Source of the DNA: Octopus vulgaris
Lineage: Eukaryota
Assembly (NCBI GenBank): GCA_951406725.2
Contig: OX597825.1
Location: 54,126,001 to 54,190,000 of the forward strand
Length of the DNA stretch: 64,000 nt
Reading direction: 5' to 3'
This document shows positions 13,301 to 29,232 of the stretch, piece by piece. Made by a program: the position numbers and the translations under genes. Below the pieces are notes generated by a model. The model was not told where the DNA came from and ran no database searches. It saw only the letters and a list, made by a program, of their open reading frames with translations. How positions within the stretch are numbered: position 1 is the first letter of the stretch; every line of letters begins with the position of its first letter.

Positions 13301-14441
13301 AAAACATGAAAACAAGAAAGCATCATACTCAGTAACAAAACAGGCAAAGGAATATCTAAGTGAATTCCGAATACAACAAATTTCGGAATTAGAGAAACAG
13401 GCACAGAAAAAGCTAAGCGCATGAAAACCCGTGCTAAATCTGCGGCCTTAGATATTCTGAATGATAAATGGCAAGAAAAACCTCTCTATGGCAAATACCC
13501 AAAGAGAGCAAATAATGCAGATGTTGACAAAGCCCTGACCCATCAATGGCTAATGGCCTCTGGCTTAAAAGCTGAAACAGAGGGTTTTATCATAGCAGCT
13601 CAAGATCAATGCCTACCAACAAGAAACTACCAGGCCAACATATTAAAAATCAGAAGCAGTCCAACGTGTCGTGTATGCAAGCAACAAAATGAAACCATTG
13701 ACCATGTGGTCTTCAATTGCAGTCTTCTAGCGCCTACAGAGTATCTCAACAGGCATGATAGAGCTGCACAATATATTCACTGGGTAATCTGTAAAAACCT
13801 GGATTTGCCCCATGAAAAATACTGGTGGGAACACAAACAACCTCCAGTGCTTGAAAATGACCACATCTCACTCCTCTGGAACTTCACCATTCAAACTGAC
13901 AGAAAGATAGATGCAAATAGGCCAGACATCATATTGAAAGAATTCAAACAAAGAACATGCCTCCTCATTGATATGACTGTCCCAATCGATATAAACGTAT
14001 CTGTCAAGACCTACCAAAAACTGAGCAAATATAAAGATCTTGAAATAGAAATCAGCAAAATGTGGAACCTGAAGACTAAAAGAATAGCTGTTGTCATAGG
14101 TGCCCTGGGAATGATATCAAAAGGGGCTGATAGCTACCTAACTCAGATACCAAGAAACCCAAAAATGGCAGAAATTCAAAAGATAGTGCTCATGGGAACT
14201 GCTCATATCCTACGCAAAATATTTTCTATGTAATCTCAAGGTTTAAAACAAACATAATTTTCGGTTTAAAAAAAAAAAAAAAAACTTTTTTAGATATTCA
14301 TTAGTACAACACCCCCACCCCCCAAATATATGGCACACTAGGCTTAACAACAACATGAACTTCCAACCCTGTTGTTTCTTGAGGTCTCTGGGTGAGACTT
14401 GGAGCCAACTTGTACAAATATAAAGCAAAAGTCAAACATAG
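10304..14441 (+). mobile_element. Apparently full-length R4/Dong-clade non-LTR retrotransposon (copy B, ~4.1 kb)
   Basis: Single-ORF architecture with N-terminal KWTREDNKEVL (Myb-like), RT (YRPITCL, WIDYKKAFDS, GIFQGDSLSP, YMDD), CCHC knuckle (CRVC..HVVFNC) and REL endonuclease (RPDII..LIDM..KLSKY); bounded by TAA/GAT repeats. Confidence 0.92.
10529..14233 (+). pseudogene. RT-REL polyprotein of copy B, two frameshifts
   Basis: ORFs 10529-12004, 12021-13424 and 13421-14233 align colinearly with the intact ORF at 50199-53717; 4-bp deletion near 12000 and 7-bp deletion near 13394. Confidence 0.9.
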
Positions 14442-14447
14442 AATAAA

Positions 14448-15745
<1,298 letters not shown>

Positions 15746-15764
15746 AATGATAATAATAATAATG

Positions 15765-15839
<75 letters not shown>

Positions 15840-15842
<3 letters not shown>

Positions 15843-16278
15843 GATGGGCTACAGCAAATATTCTGCTCAATACCATAGTTTTGCTTGTCAGTTGTTTGAC
15901 CTTAACTAGTTGACCATGTCGCTTAGTGGCTGACGATATGTACATCTCTGATCATGAGCAGAAGTAGAGGGGGAGCATTATAGCTGTATGTTGAAAGGAG
16001 CTTTGGATAATTTACATTTGGAAACATGGGTGGTTCGTTCAACATCCTTAAACAATCTTTATTCTGGGACCTTTTGAGCGGAATGGGCTAATCGACTGGG
16101 CCCCAACTGCAAGGTCATGCGTTGTTTATCTTGATATGAGATCACCATGTCGCGCATATATGGTTGTGATGCATGCGCCTAGCGTACCCTTATCAGACGG
16201 GTAGTCATGATGGGTATACTGGGCTTCGTATATTTTACCCCTTGTGTCACTTTGATTGCATGCACTGCTCTCTCACTC

Positions 16279-16280
<2 letters not shown>
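15840..16280 (+). mobile_element. TAA-anchored non-coding repeat, copy 1 (probable 3' end of another non-LTR family)
   Basis: Homologous to 16497-16910 (AAGATGGGCTACAGCAAATATT...GTGTCACTTT.ATTGCATGC.CTGCTC.CTCA.TCAATAATAAT); different 5' ends, shared 3' end into (TAA)n. Confidence 0.65.
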
Positions 16281-16343
<63 letters not shown>

Positions 16344-16372
16344 TAATAATAATAATAATGACGACGACGATA

Positions 16373-16429
<57 letters not shown>

Positions 16430-16442
16430 GTGATGGTGATGG

Positions 16443-16494
<52 letters not shown>

Positions 16495-16496
16495 AA

Positions 16497-16910
16497 ATAC
16501 AATACCAGGCAGTGGCTCTCGTGGCTTCTGATTTTAACTGACTGGAAGTGTTATCACGTAAATTGTTTTGTCTTGGTATAAAAGATGGGCTACAGCAAAT
16601 ATTGTGCTCCATAGTCATGTGTTGAGAGGAATTCTTTGGGGTTTGACTAATTCACCTCTGAAGAAATTAGTGTTTTATTCATCATCCTTAAACAAAGTTT
16701 ATTCAATGACCATTTGAACGAGATGGGCTACTCGACCTAAAGAAAATTCTAACTGGGTTCCACCTACAAGTCATGCACTGTTTTGCTTCATATGAGACCA
16801 CCACCTCGCGCACGTATGGTTGTGATGATGTGTCCTTAGACACATGATGGGTACATTTGTACATTTGCACTCCAGTGTCACTTTCATTGCATGCGCTGCT
16901 CGCTCATTCA
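16497..16910 (+). mobile_element. TAA-anchored non-coding repeat, copy 2
   Basis: Homologous to 15840-16280; runs into (TAA)n. Confidence 0.65.
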
Positions 16911-16994
16911 ATAATAATAATAATGATAATAATATTAATAATAATAATGAAAATAATAATAACAATGATAATAATAATAATAATAATAATGTTT

Positions 16995-17450
<456 letters not shown>

Positions 17451-17454
17451 AATT

Positions 17455-18488
<1,034 letters not shown>

Positions 18489-18654
18489 TGGTGGTTTAGT
18501 GCTTAAGTGCAAAATCAATTATTTCAAATATAATATTTTAAAGCCATATTCGAATATAATTCTTCTTCTGAACCATATAACTATTTTTTCTTTCTCCTCC
18601 ATTTTATGTATTTAGTATTTTTATTAAAATCTTATTTAACACAGTCTCCTGAGA

Positions 18655-18950
18655 GATTGATTCGTCAACAGAATTATTCCTCTCTCTACAGAATACTTCC
18701 ACTTATGAATGAGCTGAAAATCTCTCCATCAATATAGAAGAAAATCCGACATAGAAATTGCGTTGATCTATTTTTTTCCCGCAGGTTTCCAGTATTAGAA
18801 AAATAAATTTCCATGACTCTAGGAATTGGAGGGAGAGAATGAGGAAAGGAATAAGAGGGTGGTGAATGAGAAAGGGTAAGGAAATCCAACTGTCCAAGAT
18901 ATTATCTTTTGTCAATAACCTATTATTTCTAGGTGATGATATCTTCCACA
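18655..18950 (-). mobile_element. Possible highly decayed mariner transposase C-terminus
   Basis: Minus-strand fragments LSHSPPSYS and FFYIDG..QLIHKWKYSVERG loosely resemble LPHPPYSPDL and FYxxGIxxLxxRWxxxVExxG; frameshifted. Confidence 0.3.
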
Positions 18951-20004
18951 TCTGTGTACTTTGTAGTGATACTTTTCATCAGAATTTAATATTTAGAGAG
19001 ATGTTTTAATAACATGAACTATAAGGAACAACAGCAGCAGCAGCAGCAGCAGTAACAACAACAACAGCAACATCAGCATCATTAAAACAGCAAATATTGA
19101 ACACCTCTATGTATCAAATGATAGGAATATGGATTACTTTAACATAATGTTTTCTAAATTTGGCACAACTTCCTATCGGATGGGAGAACTAAAAATCAAC
19201 TATATGAACGCCAAATATTACTGGTACAATTTTCTAAAATATTGTAGATAAGAAGTGTAAATGAAGCCAGTATGTAAAGAGACGTAACTAAATAACACAA
19301 TGTACTTTCTCCGGCACTCAACCGATTTGTTATGCACTGTATTAGAGCTACTATTAAAATTAATTGTCGTAATGATCCATTCTTATTCTAAAACAAGGGC
19401 AGCAAATTTGAAGAATTGAGAAGTCTGTTACATCGATTCCACTGTTCAACTGGTACTTTTTATATTGAACCAGGAAGAATGTAAAGGCATAGCGAAATTG
19501 AATTGAAAACGTAAAGAACCGGAATGTATGTTGCTATACATTTTGTACGGCACCCTAATGATTCTCCCAGTTCGCCTCTTTAATATCTATCTCAATTTTG
19601 CTTGAGGTAGCTAGTACTTACCGTATGCAGCATTCAAATTAATGTTACAGTTTGGTTTCACGGAGAAATTTCAATTTAAGAAAAATAATAGCTATTTTTA
19701 TATGCATAAACTGGGTATTCTAGAAATCTAAGGCTTACTATACGTTTTAGCATGAAGACCGTTACCTTAGCACCATATATTTTTGTAGTCTTTACCCCGC
19801 TTTACACCATCTATCACTAAATTCGACAACACAGTTTCAAGTAAAATCTTTGTTTTTCTTTTTGATTCTAATATTACAATTGCTTGTCTTCTTAATGGCA
19901 ATTCATTATGAAGGCTTTCATTCATTGCGCTAAAATCCTCTATGAAAACACCATTTACAAACGACTCTTGCGGAAAATTTTACAACGTCCACAATATTTT
20001 CGTA

Positions 20005-21270
20005 CGAGGGGCGTTCAATAAGTAATGCCCCTGACCCACTTCCCATAGCAGTAGAGCAACGAAACTTGGCACAGTTATTAGTCTTTTTCGATATAGGAAC
20101 CACCCAGAGTTACACATTTCTCCCATCGTTTGACGCGGCTCTGGAGACCGTTTTTGTAGAAGAACCCAGCTTGTTCCTCCAACCTCAACGTGACTTCAGA
20201 AATCAAGGCTGCATCATCTGGGAAACGCTTTCCATTCAAAAACAACTTCATGATTGGGAAGAGGTGAAAATCAGAGGGTGCAAGGTCAGGAAAGTAGGGG
20301 GGGATGGGGAGGAGTTCATAGCCATACGCCTATGCTTCTGATCGGGCGACAAGCGAGTTGTGGACCGGAGCGTTGTCCTGCAGGAGGAGGATGCCTTTGC
20401 TGATCTTGCCCGGGCTCTTGATTTTGATAGCTTCTCTTAATTTCCTCAAAAGTGAAGCATAATAGGCTCCTGCAATTGTGGTACCCTTTGCCAGGAAATC
20501 TGTCATCACTACTCCGTCCTGGTCCCAGAAGACTGTGAGCATGACCTTGCCAGCGGAGGGCTGCACCCTTGCCTTCTTTGGAGGGGGTGAGTCACGGTGC
20601 TTCCACTGCTTTGACTGGGATTTGGTCTCTGGATCATCGTGATGGACCCAGGTTTCATCCTGTGTAATCAGTCTTTTGAAAAATTTTGACTCATCTTCTT
20701 GGCACATCTCCAAATTCACCCTCGAGCACTCGACGCGTTCTTGCTTCTGGAAAGGCGTGAGCAACCTGGGAATCCATCTGGCAGATACCTTTTGCATATG
20801 CAAATGGTTCTGAATGATAGTTTCCACAGACCCGGTACTAATCTTGACCTCATGGGCTATTTGGCGAATAATTATGCGTCGATCTTCCAAAATGGCAGCC
20901 TCAACTTGACGGACAGATGCCTCATCAATGGCAGAAGGGGGCGACCAGATCTGGGAGCTGTTTCCACAGAGTTCCGACCATGTTTGAATTCACGATGCCA
21001 GCGTTTTACAAGGTCATATGATGGGGCATCATCACCATAAGTTACTTTCATTTCATCAAAAGTCTGCCGTGGTGTGCGTCCTTTCAAATACAAAAACCGG
21101 ATCACTGCTCGACACTCAACAGGCTCCATTTCACACTTGACTCGGTTCAAACACCTGTAAATCAGAAACCACAATTATATATAAATATATAAATGATTGC
21201 ACATGCAAAATTTCAGCCAGATCAAACAACTGCAAGTGGGTCAGAGGCATTACTTATTGAACGTCTCTCG
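20005..21270 (-). mobile_element. Full-length mariner transposon (irritans-like), inactive
   Basis: TIRs CGAGGGGCGTTCAATAAGTAATGCCCCTGACCCACTT / AAGTGGGTCAGAGGCATTACTTATTGAACGTCTCTCG; TA target duplication at 20003-20004 and 21271-21272. Confidence 0.93.
20078..21129 (-). pseudogene. Mariner DD34D transposase pseudogene
   Basis: MEPVECRAVIRFL..RSGRP, WIPRLL, TQDETW, LLQDNAP and YFPDLAPSDFHLF across frameshifts and a stop. Confidence 0.9.
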
Positions 21271-21694
21271 TACAATATAAGATTTATCCAAGTATATATG
21301 ATCCATGAAGGATACAAGTTTTATGTTTTCAGAAATCATTCATACCACCTGGTCTTCCTACTACCTAAGCCTACAGGAAATTTCCTCCTAAAGTACGTTG
21401 TTAGTTCAGATTTGGTGAAAGCATGGCAATTCTTTCCTAAAACATGCACAGAAAAACCATTGAAATTTGTTGATTTTTGCAGTGAGTGCAAAATGTTTGC
21501 TTGAAAATGTTATGTTATGAACTGGATAGTAATATTCGTGACATTTTAAAAATTTTTCGCTGAGAGACATTTCTCTTGTACCATATTATAAATATATTCA
21601 TGTTAAAAAACTTTATTTCGTTTTGCTTGTCATTGGTATTTTTATGTTTGCATTATATTTTGCTTTTCAAATAATAATTCAGTCTTATAGCCAT

Positions 21695-21990
<296 letters not shown>

Positions 21991-24900
21991 CCTGCTACTA
22001 CTACCACTACCATATATTCTTTGTTTACTCTTCTTTTAGAATGTTAGTGAAATAAAGGTTTATTTACATGCTTCAAACAATATCCGTTACCTCGTATCAC
22101 CAATAATAAATTTCTGATAACTTCCCTTTATATTGTATTAGACAATCTAGGCTTGCTTCCTTTTCAAAGACTTATGTATACATTTTATATAATAAATTTT
22201 ATATTTCGTTTTTCTTTAAGAGCCCGGATATAGGCGTCAAAAATGAATTCTAAACCAAATTATGAGAAGATTCGATTTCCAGTAAACCATCTCATTTTAC
22301 TTTTATAGTCGAGTACACTTTTTATTCTCTCATGCTTCCACACATGTGGATACTTTTGATTTTTTGTTTATATACTTACACGAAGGACTATGTTTAATTT
22401 ATTAATTTGCAAACACTTGGGGTCAGGCTATATGCTAGTGCGAATAATTTTTTATGTCTTCTCCTATAGTTTCATTTTAAAGAATTTCTCCATTTTGACC
22501 TCGCAGAAATTCACGTGTTGTAAGAGTGAAATGTAACAGCAAATGTTATTTTATACTGCAGGCTTCCAAGAACAATATTTTCTCCATCTTCAAGTAATTC
22601 TTGACCTTTTCCCTATTTCAATGGATAGGACTAGCTTCAATGAAGAAATTTCCTTGTCTGCATGCACCCTTCGGTAATAAATTCGCATTGAACTGAGGAC
22701 TTTTACATTTCACAGATTTCCACGATGACAATTAGAGTTGTGGACTGGCTGTACCATTCGTAATTGCCGAAGCTCTATTACCTGTATTACCTGTACAAGA
22801 GCCGCAATTGTCCACGAATTTTATAGTATTTCTTAGACATTTGAAGCAATTACTTCAAACATGAATTGCCCTACCTTCTTAGAATGCAGAATCAAATTTT
22901 TCGTCTTGTGGGTGAGTTCCTAACGTTACTTTTATCCCTCTATCGTTAATGGTATGTTACACAGCTGAACATATTCTACCGTTACTTCCATGGAAGATAT
23001 TCGAAAGAACTTCATAATCTAGGGTTGTCTGTCAGAACTTGGTTTGCCAACTTAGCGATATGCTCCTACACTTTATGGATATTTTTTGGATAAGCAGCAA
23101 CTTGTATGTAAAAGGTTTTGTGGTTTTTTGTTATTTTTCTCAGCACATCTGAATTGTATAATAAATTACAATATTTTTCATGCCAACTATGATGATGTGA
23201 GTTACTTTTGCTTATAATATAACATCACTTGCAATATCACATGCTACAAAACAAATAATTTCACCCACGCAGTCTTCAGTGCAAGCACCCAATAGAAGTT
23301 GAAAAAGTTGAAAAAAAATCTCTCTGGAGAAGATAAAAGTGACTTGATGCTCATTTACTGTGGCTCCAATTTCGTAGTTGCCATCGCTTTTCGCATTCAG
23401 GGTTTCCCAAACAGTACATGATGCATTCTTGTTAGTGCTTCATCGTCGAGTTTATATACCGTATCCAGGATTCCATCAACTTTTGCTGCTTTTTTATGAA
23501 CCACTGTATTTCTAGGGCAGTGGCTTTGGAAATCATGCCGAACAATCTAAACAGTTACTACAAGCCGCAAAAAGGCAATCCGAGGTAGCACTTAGTATGT
23601 TTTTTCGAGATTCTTCTGTTCCCATGTGTCGTAGGTGCAACAGCAGCCATGCGAACGGAAGCTATTTGCTCTGTACCCCTGTAAATACTCCTGCAACACC
23701 ACCATATTTCACCGAGGCTCTTACAGCATTGTCAGAGTTATCTGCTACAGACAGGTTCGGCTCTTCTCCAGCATATACAACAGGATCACAGTCGAATACT
23801 CAACCGATTCCCAAACCAATAGAAATGGCACATCGATAAAATACAAAAGTGGAAAAAAATGTTTGAAAAAATAAGAGAGAAAAACATTTATGTGGCGGAG
23901 GTCCACTACTGTGCAGAAATATAGAAACGGACAAAACTGATTATTAATAACAGCAACAGTTGTGATCATGTGACTCTTTTGTTACAATGAAGAGGTGTAG
24001 TAGAGAGTATTGAGGGAGTGGAAAACCAGTACTATTTTGAATTACCAAATAACGCTGGCTGGCTGAGCTCATTCCCTTTACAACTGCCAATGGATAACCT
24101 GTTATTTGGATCTTATTTTATTTTCATTTTTCCCCCTTTTATTTTAAGAAGTATACCCAGGGATTTTTTCTGTTACACATATATGGAACCGATACACCTA
24201 AGGAACTACATGGAATATATTATCAATGATTTCGTGGAAACATTCACTGAAGCATTCCTCTCAATGTAAGGACTGGAACATGTGTATTTCTCAGTTTGAT
24301 TGCATCAATTAACACCAAGGTTAGAGAGTTGTTGCTTTTGTATAGCCTGGATCCTTCTTGACAAGACTTCTCGTTACTTAGTCCAGAGCATGAAAACTAT
24401 CGTACTTCTTTCTGTCTATTCGACAATTCATCTGTATTTAATCATATTCTTTATCAAATCTGTGAAGCTGCACTGCGGCCTTTTTACTACGACGAAGCGA
24501 TTTGCTGACTAGATTTCAACCCGATAGTTGTTAATACTTTTCCAAATACTGTATTTCAAACACTGCATCAGAATATTGTATCACTGAACAAGAAAACTAC
24601 ACTTTCACTGAGATTAATGGATCTATCTACTGAAAAGCCATTAAGAATTAATATTACGTCATATATTTCAACTTCGCAGAAACTCTAACAGCACTGTAAG
24701 TTTTACACAAATAGAGGTAAAAACATTTTGCCAGTTGCAGTTGGCAATGGATGAAATACCGATTCCACCATGTGACATGAACAAACCAGTGAGGATAATA
24801 ATCACTCGGAATATAATGATGATAATTTTTAGTCAAAAATTATAACTACCTAACCACTCAAATTTAAGCGTCCAAACGATCGAAAATTGTTTGCTTCTGT

Positions 24901-25473
24901 GAAATTTCAAAAGTGATTTTCAGTTTCATACGTTTTACATAAACACTTAAAATATACGATGTATTTGAATGTTCCCTGCCTTCATACCAGTGTTTGTATT
25001 TATGTATGTATGTATGTATGTATGTATGTATGTATGTATGTATGTATGTATGTATGTATGTACGTACGTATTTGTGTATATATTTCGTTTTACACTTATT
25101 GTCGGAGCCCGGTTCCAAAATTTTCGACTCGAGTAAAACATAAGACACTACTCCAAATCGTTGTTAGTGTATCCGCAAATTTGGAATAGGGACTGACTAC
25201 TTTGTACTGGCATGAAGTTGTATAAGCTGTTATGATAAAGCCAAACTAAAAAGTAACATTTTGAAACTGAAGAAAGTTTACAGAATCAATGCATTTACAA
25301 TTACATATTATGCATACCTGAAGTGTACGTATTAAAAAACTTCAAAATATGAGTTTGGTTTCACTTCAGTATTACTATATATTTGTACATATATATACAC
25401 ATTCTAATACGTATATATTTCTGATAAATGAAAAAGATTGAAGATGGAAGATACGAGAATGTTTATTGATTAC

Positions 25474-25576
25474 TACAATTGTTTCAACTCATCTACCATC
25501 GATCCGTCATGGTTCGGATATTGAACGACTGATTTAAGAGTATCCGTCGGTGTACGGTGTAGATATATCCCCTCAG
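25474..25576 (-). ncRNA. Hammerhead-like motif with long stem II (PLE-type terminal repeat)
   Basis: Minus strand CTGAGGG...ATCTAC..GTAGAT..GAAAC-AATT-GTA followed by AATAAA; palindromic ACAATTGT stem III. Confidence 0.45.
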
Positions 25577-25728
25577 GTGATTACAAGATATATCTCGTTA
25601 AAATAACGTCTGTTCCGCAAGATTTCTTTTTTGGTATATGTATACAAAAGCGGAAATTTAAGAGATACAGCTTCATTATTATAGAAGATCAATAATAATA
25701 ACAGATACAAAAAGAAAATACACATTAC

Positions 25729-26090
25729 AGGTGCAGGTCTGGCTGTGTAAGCAGAAGCTTGCTTCCCAACCACATTGTTCCGGGTTCAGTCCCACTGCGT
25801 AGTACCTTAGTCAAGTCCCTTCTGCTATAACCTCGAGCCGACCAAAGCCTTGTGAGTGGATTTAGTAGACGGAAACTGAAGAGAATCCTGTCGTGTATGA
25901 GTGTGTGTGTGAATGTCTGTGTTTGTACCCCGCTATCGCTTGACAACCGATGTTGGTGAGTTTACATCTCCGTAACTTAGTTGTTCGACAAAAGAAGCGA
26001 TAGTATAATTATTAGGTCGATTTGTTTGACTAAAGGTGGTGCTCCAGCATGGCCGCAATGATATGACTTAAAACAGTAAATGAAAAGAAA
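25729..26090 (+). mobile_element. SINE family A
   Basis: AGGTGCAGGTCTGGCTGTGT..GGTTCAGTCCC..GGTGGTGCTCCAGCATGGCCGCA; a more degenerate 5' piece lies at ~26490-26630. Confidence 0.85.
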
Positions 26091-26425
26091 ACGAAAAAAC
26101 AGCGTAAAAGGTATTAGATATAACCGTTAGTGGGTATGGGTGTATAAATACCCTCGCTTAGGTTGTATGGCGCACGTAGGCTCACTGGTACAAAATTACA
26201 CGAAGATATAAGAATATGCACATGCGTGGTGTGGTGCACATACGCTCACACAGCGAAGTAAATAGATACATTGTGATTATAAATATGGGGAGGCTGTGGT
26301 TAATTCATCCATACACTAAGGAAAACTATTGTTATTAATTTGGTTAACTATAACTCAAATTCATTTCCACTGAATTGTACATTTATAAGCATGAAAGCAC
26401 ACACACACACACATATATATATATG

Positions 26426-26456
<31 letters not shown>

Positions 26457-27001
26457 TGTGTGTGTGTGTGTGTGTGATAGAGAGTGAGAGACAGGCTTGG
26501 ATTTGCGGTAAAAAATGTCTCAAACATATGGCTCAGGTTTCAGCACCAATTGACCAGCAACTTGGCCAAGTGTTTTCCATCCAAAGCTTTTCTGAGCGGA
26601 TTTGGTAGGCTGAAAACGAAAAATTCTCTCATGGATATATGCGTATGTGCGTGTATGTATGTGTGTGCGTGTGTGTGTGTATGTGTTTTGGGGGTTAACT
26701 CTCACCACCTCTTAATTCTACTGAATTAAGTAAAAGATTAAACCTAAAATGCATATACACGGTCAAACAATTGTTCTTCAATCATTTTAACATTAGTAAT
26801 TAACGGTATCAAAAACAAACACGTTTTTTTTTTAAATTAGAACAATATACTGACCTTAGCAAAGTAGTTATGGATATTTGGTAAAACTCCGTAGCAAGAG
26901 AATTCTTGAAGAAAATCGAATTTTCTAATACGTTCGGAATACATGGTTCAATGTTTTCTTCTTTTTTATATTCTATTTTCTGGTTTTTACTTATTTATTT
27001 A

Positions 27002-27061
<60 letters not shown>

Positions 27062-28449
27062 ACATTTTGTTCTTCGAGCTTGTAAATTGAAAACTAAAAT
27101 CAATACAAAGAACGTAACTCTTAAATCCTTATCTTTGTTTACACTAACAATTTATCTATTGCTTTACTAAAGGCAAAGTAAATAACATAAAATTTACGAA
27201 GATAATTTTGAAAACGGGAAATTCTTGCTGCTTGGATGTTAAATAACAGTCGTTGCTAAGGAAGACCAGACACAAATTGATATTAATATATTTTTAAATG
27301 CTACTTAGCAGAATTTTTTTCTGTTTTTGTCTTCTATTGTCTTATATTATTAATTGATTTTCTTTTACGTATTTTTACATGTTGGCGTTATTGATTTTAC
27401 CGGACATAGTATAATATTACCTGATATGTTGACAAAATTTTGCCGATGTAAGGCATCTATCTACACATATATGCACATATATGTATGTATGTATGAGTGT
27501 ATATACATATCCATATATATGTGTGTGTGTGTTTACACTCACACATACACACATACATATGTGCATGTGTGCGCCTGTATAAATATATACACTTATATAT
27601 ATTGACATATTTGTGTATATCCGTATACACAGTATAATCTTTTACGTATATGTATTCCACTATATATAAAACACAACTGCAGATGCATACACATGAATAT
27701 ATATATGCGTATACATTATACAAATATATGTATATATACACATAGGTAGATAGATAGATAGGTTGATAGGTAGATAGATAGATAGAGAGATGCATAAATG
27801 TAAATATGCACAAATATACACACACAGATACACAAACACACATATACTCGTATATATAGGGTGGGTATGTGGATATGTTTAGATGTGGACACGAATTTTA
27901 TTCTGCATAAAGAACTGAGAGAGATACAGTATCAAGCTTGGCTGACTTTCTACATTCTCAAACCCGCAATAAATATTTTCCCTTCCTTAAACATTAATCT
28001 ATTTTCCTTTATTTTTTGTTTCCTTTAAAATGTCTTCTATTAATTCGGTTTTGGTTGTAAATATACATTGAGGTTGAGCTATAATAATGTTTTAAAGCTT
28101 TGGGTGGTCATAAAATAACATAGAGCTGTTTTTACTTTATGTTCTTAATTTCATAATTTCATCAAGGTTTTCTTCAACTTTCCTTGTAAACGTATTTTAT
28201 TATATAATGTAGGAGAAATATCATTTTTCATATATCCTTTCTTTGTAAGCATAATTCCTTTTCAGATCTGTCGACAGCAACCTCACTATTAATATATGAG
28301 CTTTTGTTTCTCAGTTGTTTCGGGAATTTAATTTGTTTTGACACGTGTAAACGATGGAATATCAGTAATTGTCTTTTCTTACATAGATTCACTTTTATTT
28401 ATATTCATACCAGCTTAAGACGAATATTGGCATAGATAATCTAGGAACA

Positions 28450-28496
<47 letters not shown>

Positions 28497-28789
28497 TATA
28501 TAAGAAATTATATATGAAATGGCATGGCAAGAAGTAATGATGTAATTAACTCCATTAGCTCACAGCTGTTTCTGCGGTAAGAGACACACAGTGATGTCTT
28601 CCATTTCATAAATATTATAATGTGATTCAAAAACACTAGTACTCTATTATGAGCGCATTGCGTCGTATAGCAGAAATAATTAAGTTAGTGCAATTCATTA
28701 TATAATTTCTAGTTCCTTTGTTATTAATATAATCTCTTCATTGAATTCTAACAGTAGATTAGTATCCTTATCCCTAGGAGAAATGTTCT

Positions 28790-28999
28790 TTTTTACTCGA
28801 AGCACAAAGCCCGAATTTTGGGGGAAGGGGAACAATCGATTAGATCGACCCCAGTACGCCACTGGTACATAATTTATCGACCCCAAAAGGATGTAAGTGA
28901 AAGTGGACCACGGCGGAATTTCAACTCAGAACGTAAAGACAGACGAAATAGCGCGAAGATTTTCTCCCAACGTGCTAACGTTTCTGCCAACTCGCCACC
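28790..28999 (-). mobile_element. tRNA-derived SINE, family B (Meta/MESC/LF-SINE-like core)
   Basis: Minus strand GGTGGCGAGTTGGCAGAAACGTTAGCACG head, B box GAGTTGAAATTCC, core CACTTTCACTTACATCCTTTTGGGGTCGATAAA. Confidence 0.8.
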
Positions 29000-29197
29000 T
29001 TCGGTAAGGGAAATATTATAATACATATGTGTGTGTTTGCGTATATATGTCTATTCCCCAAGGAAAACAAGTGAAGAAAGAATATATAGTGCGTGTGTTT
29101 ATTGGACAAAAAAAATGACCTCCCGAAATATAACACTATCTGTTTCAACAGACGGTCTCATATCAGGAATATTGCAACACATTCATAAATGTAATAT

Positions 29198-29230
<33 letters not shown>

Positions 29231-29232
<2 letters not shown>

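Noticed and set aside
23597-23839. 80-aa plus-strand ORF as a host gene
   Set aside because: No recognisable motif; more likely the antisense shadow of a decayed minus-strand frame
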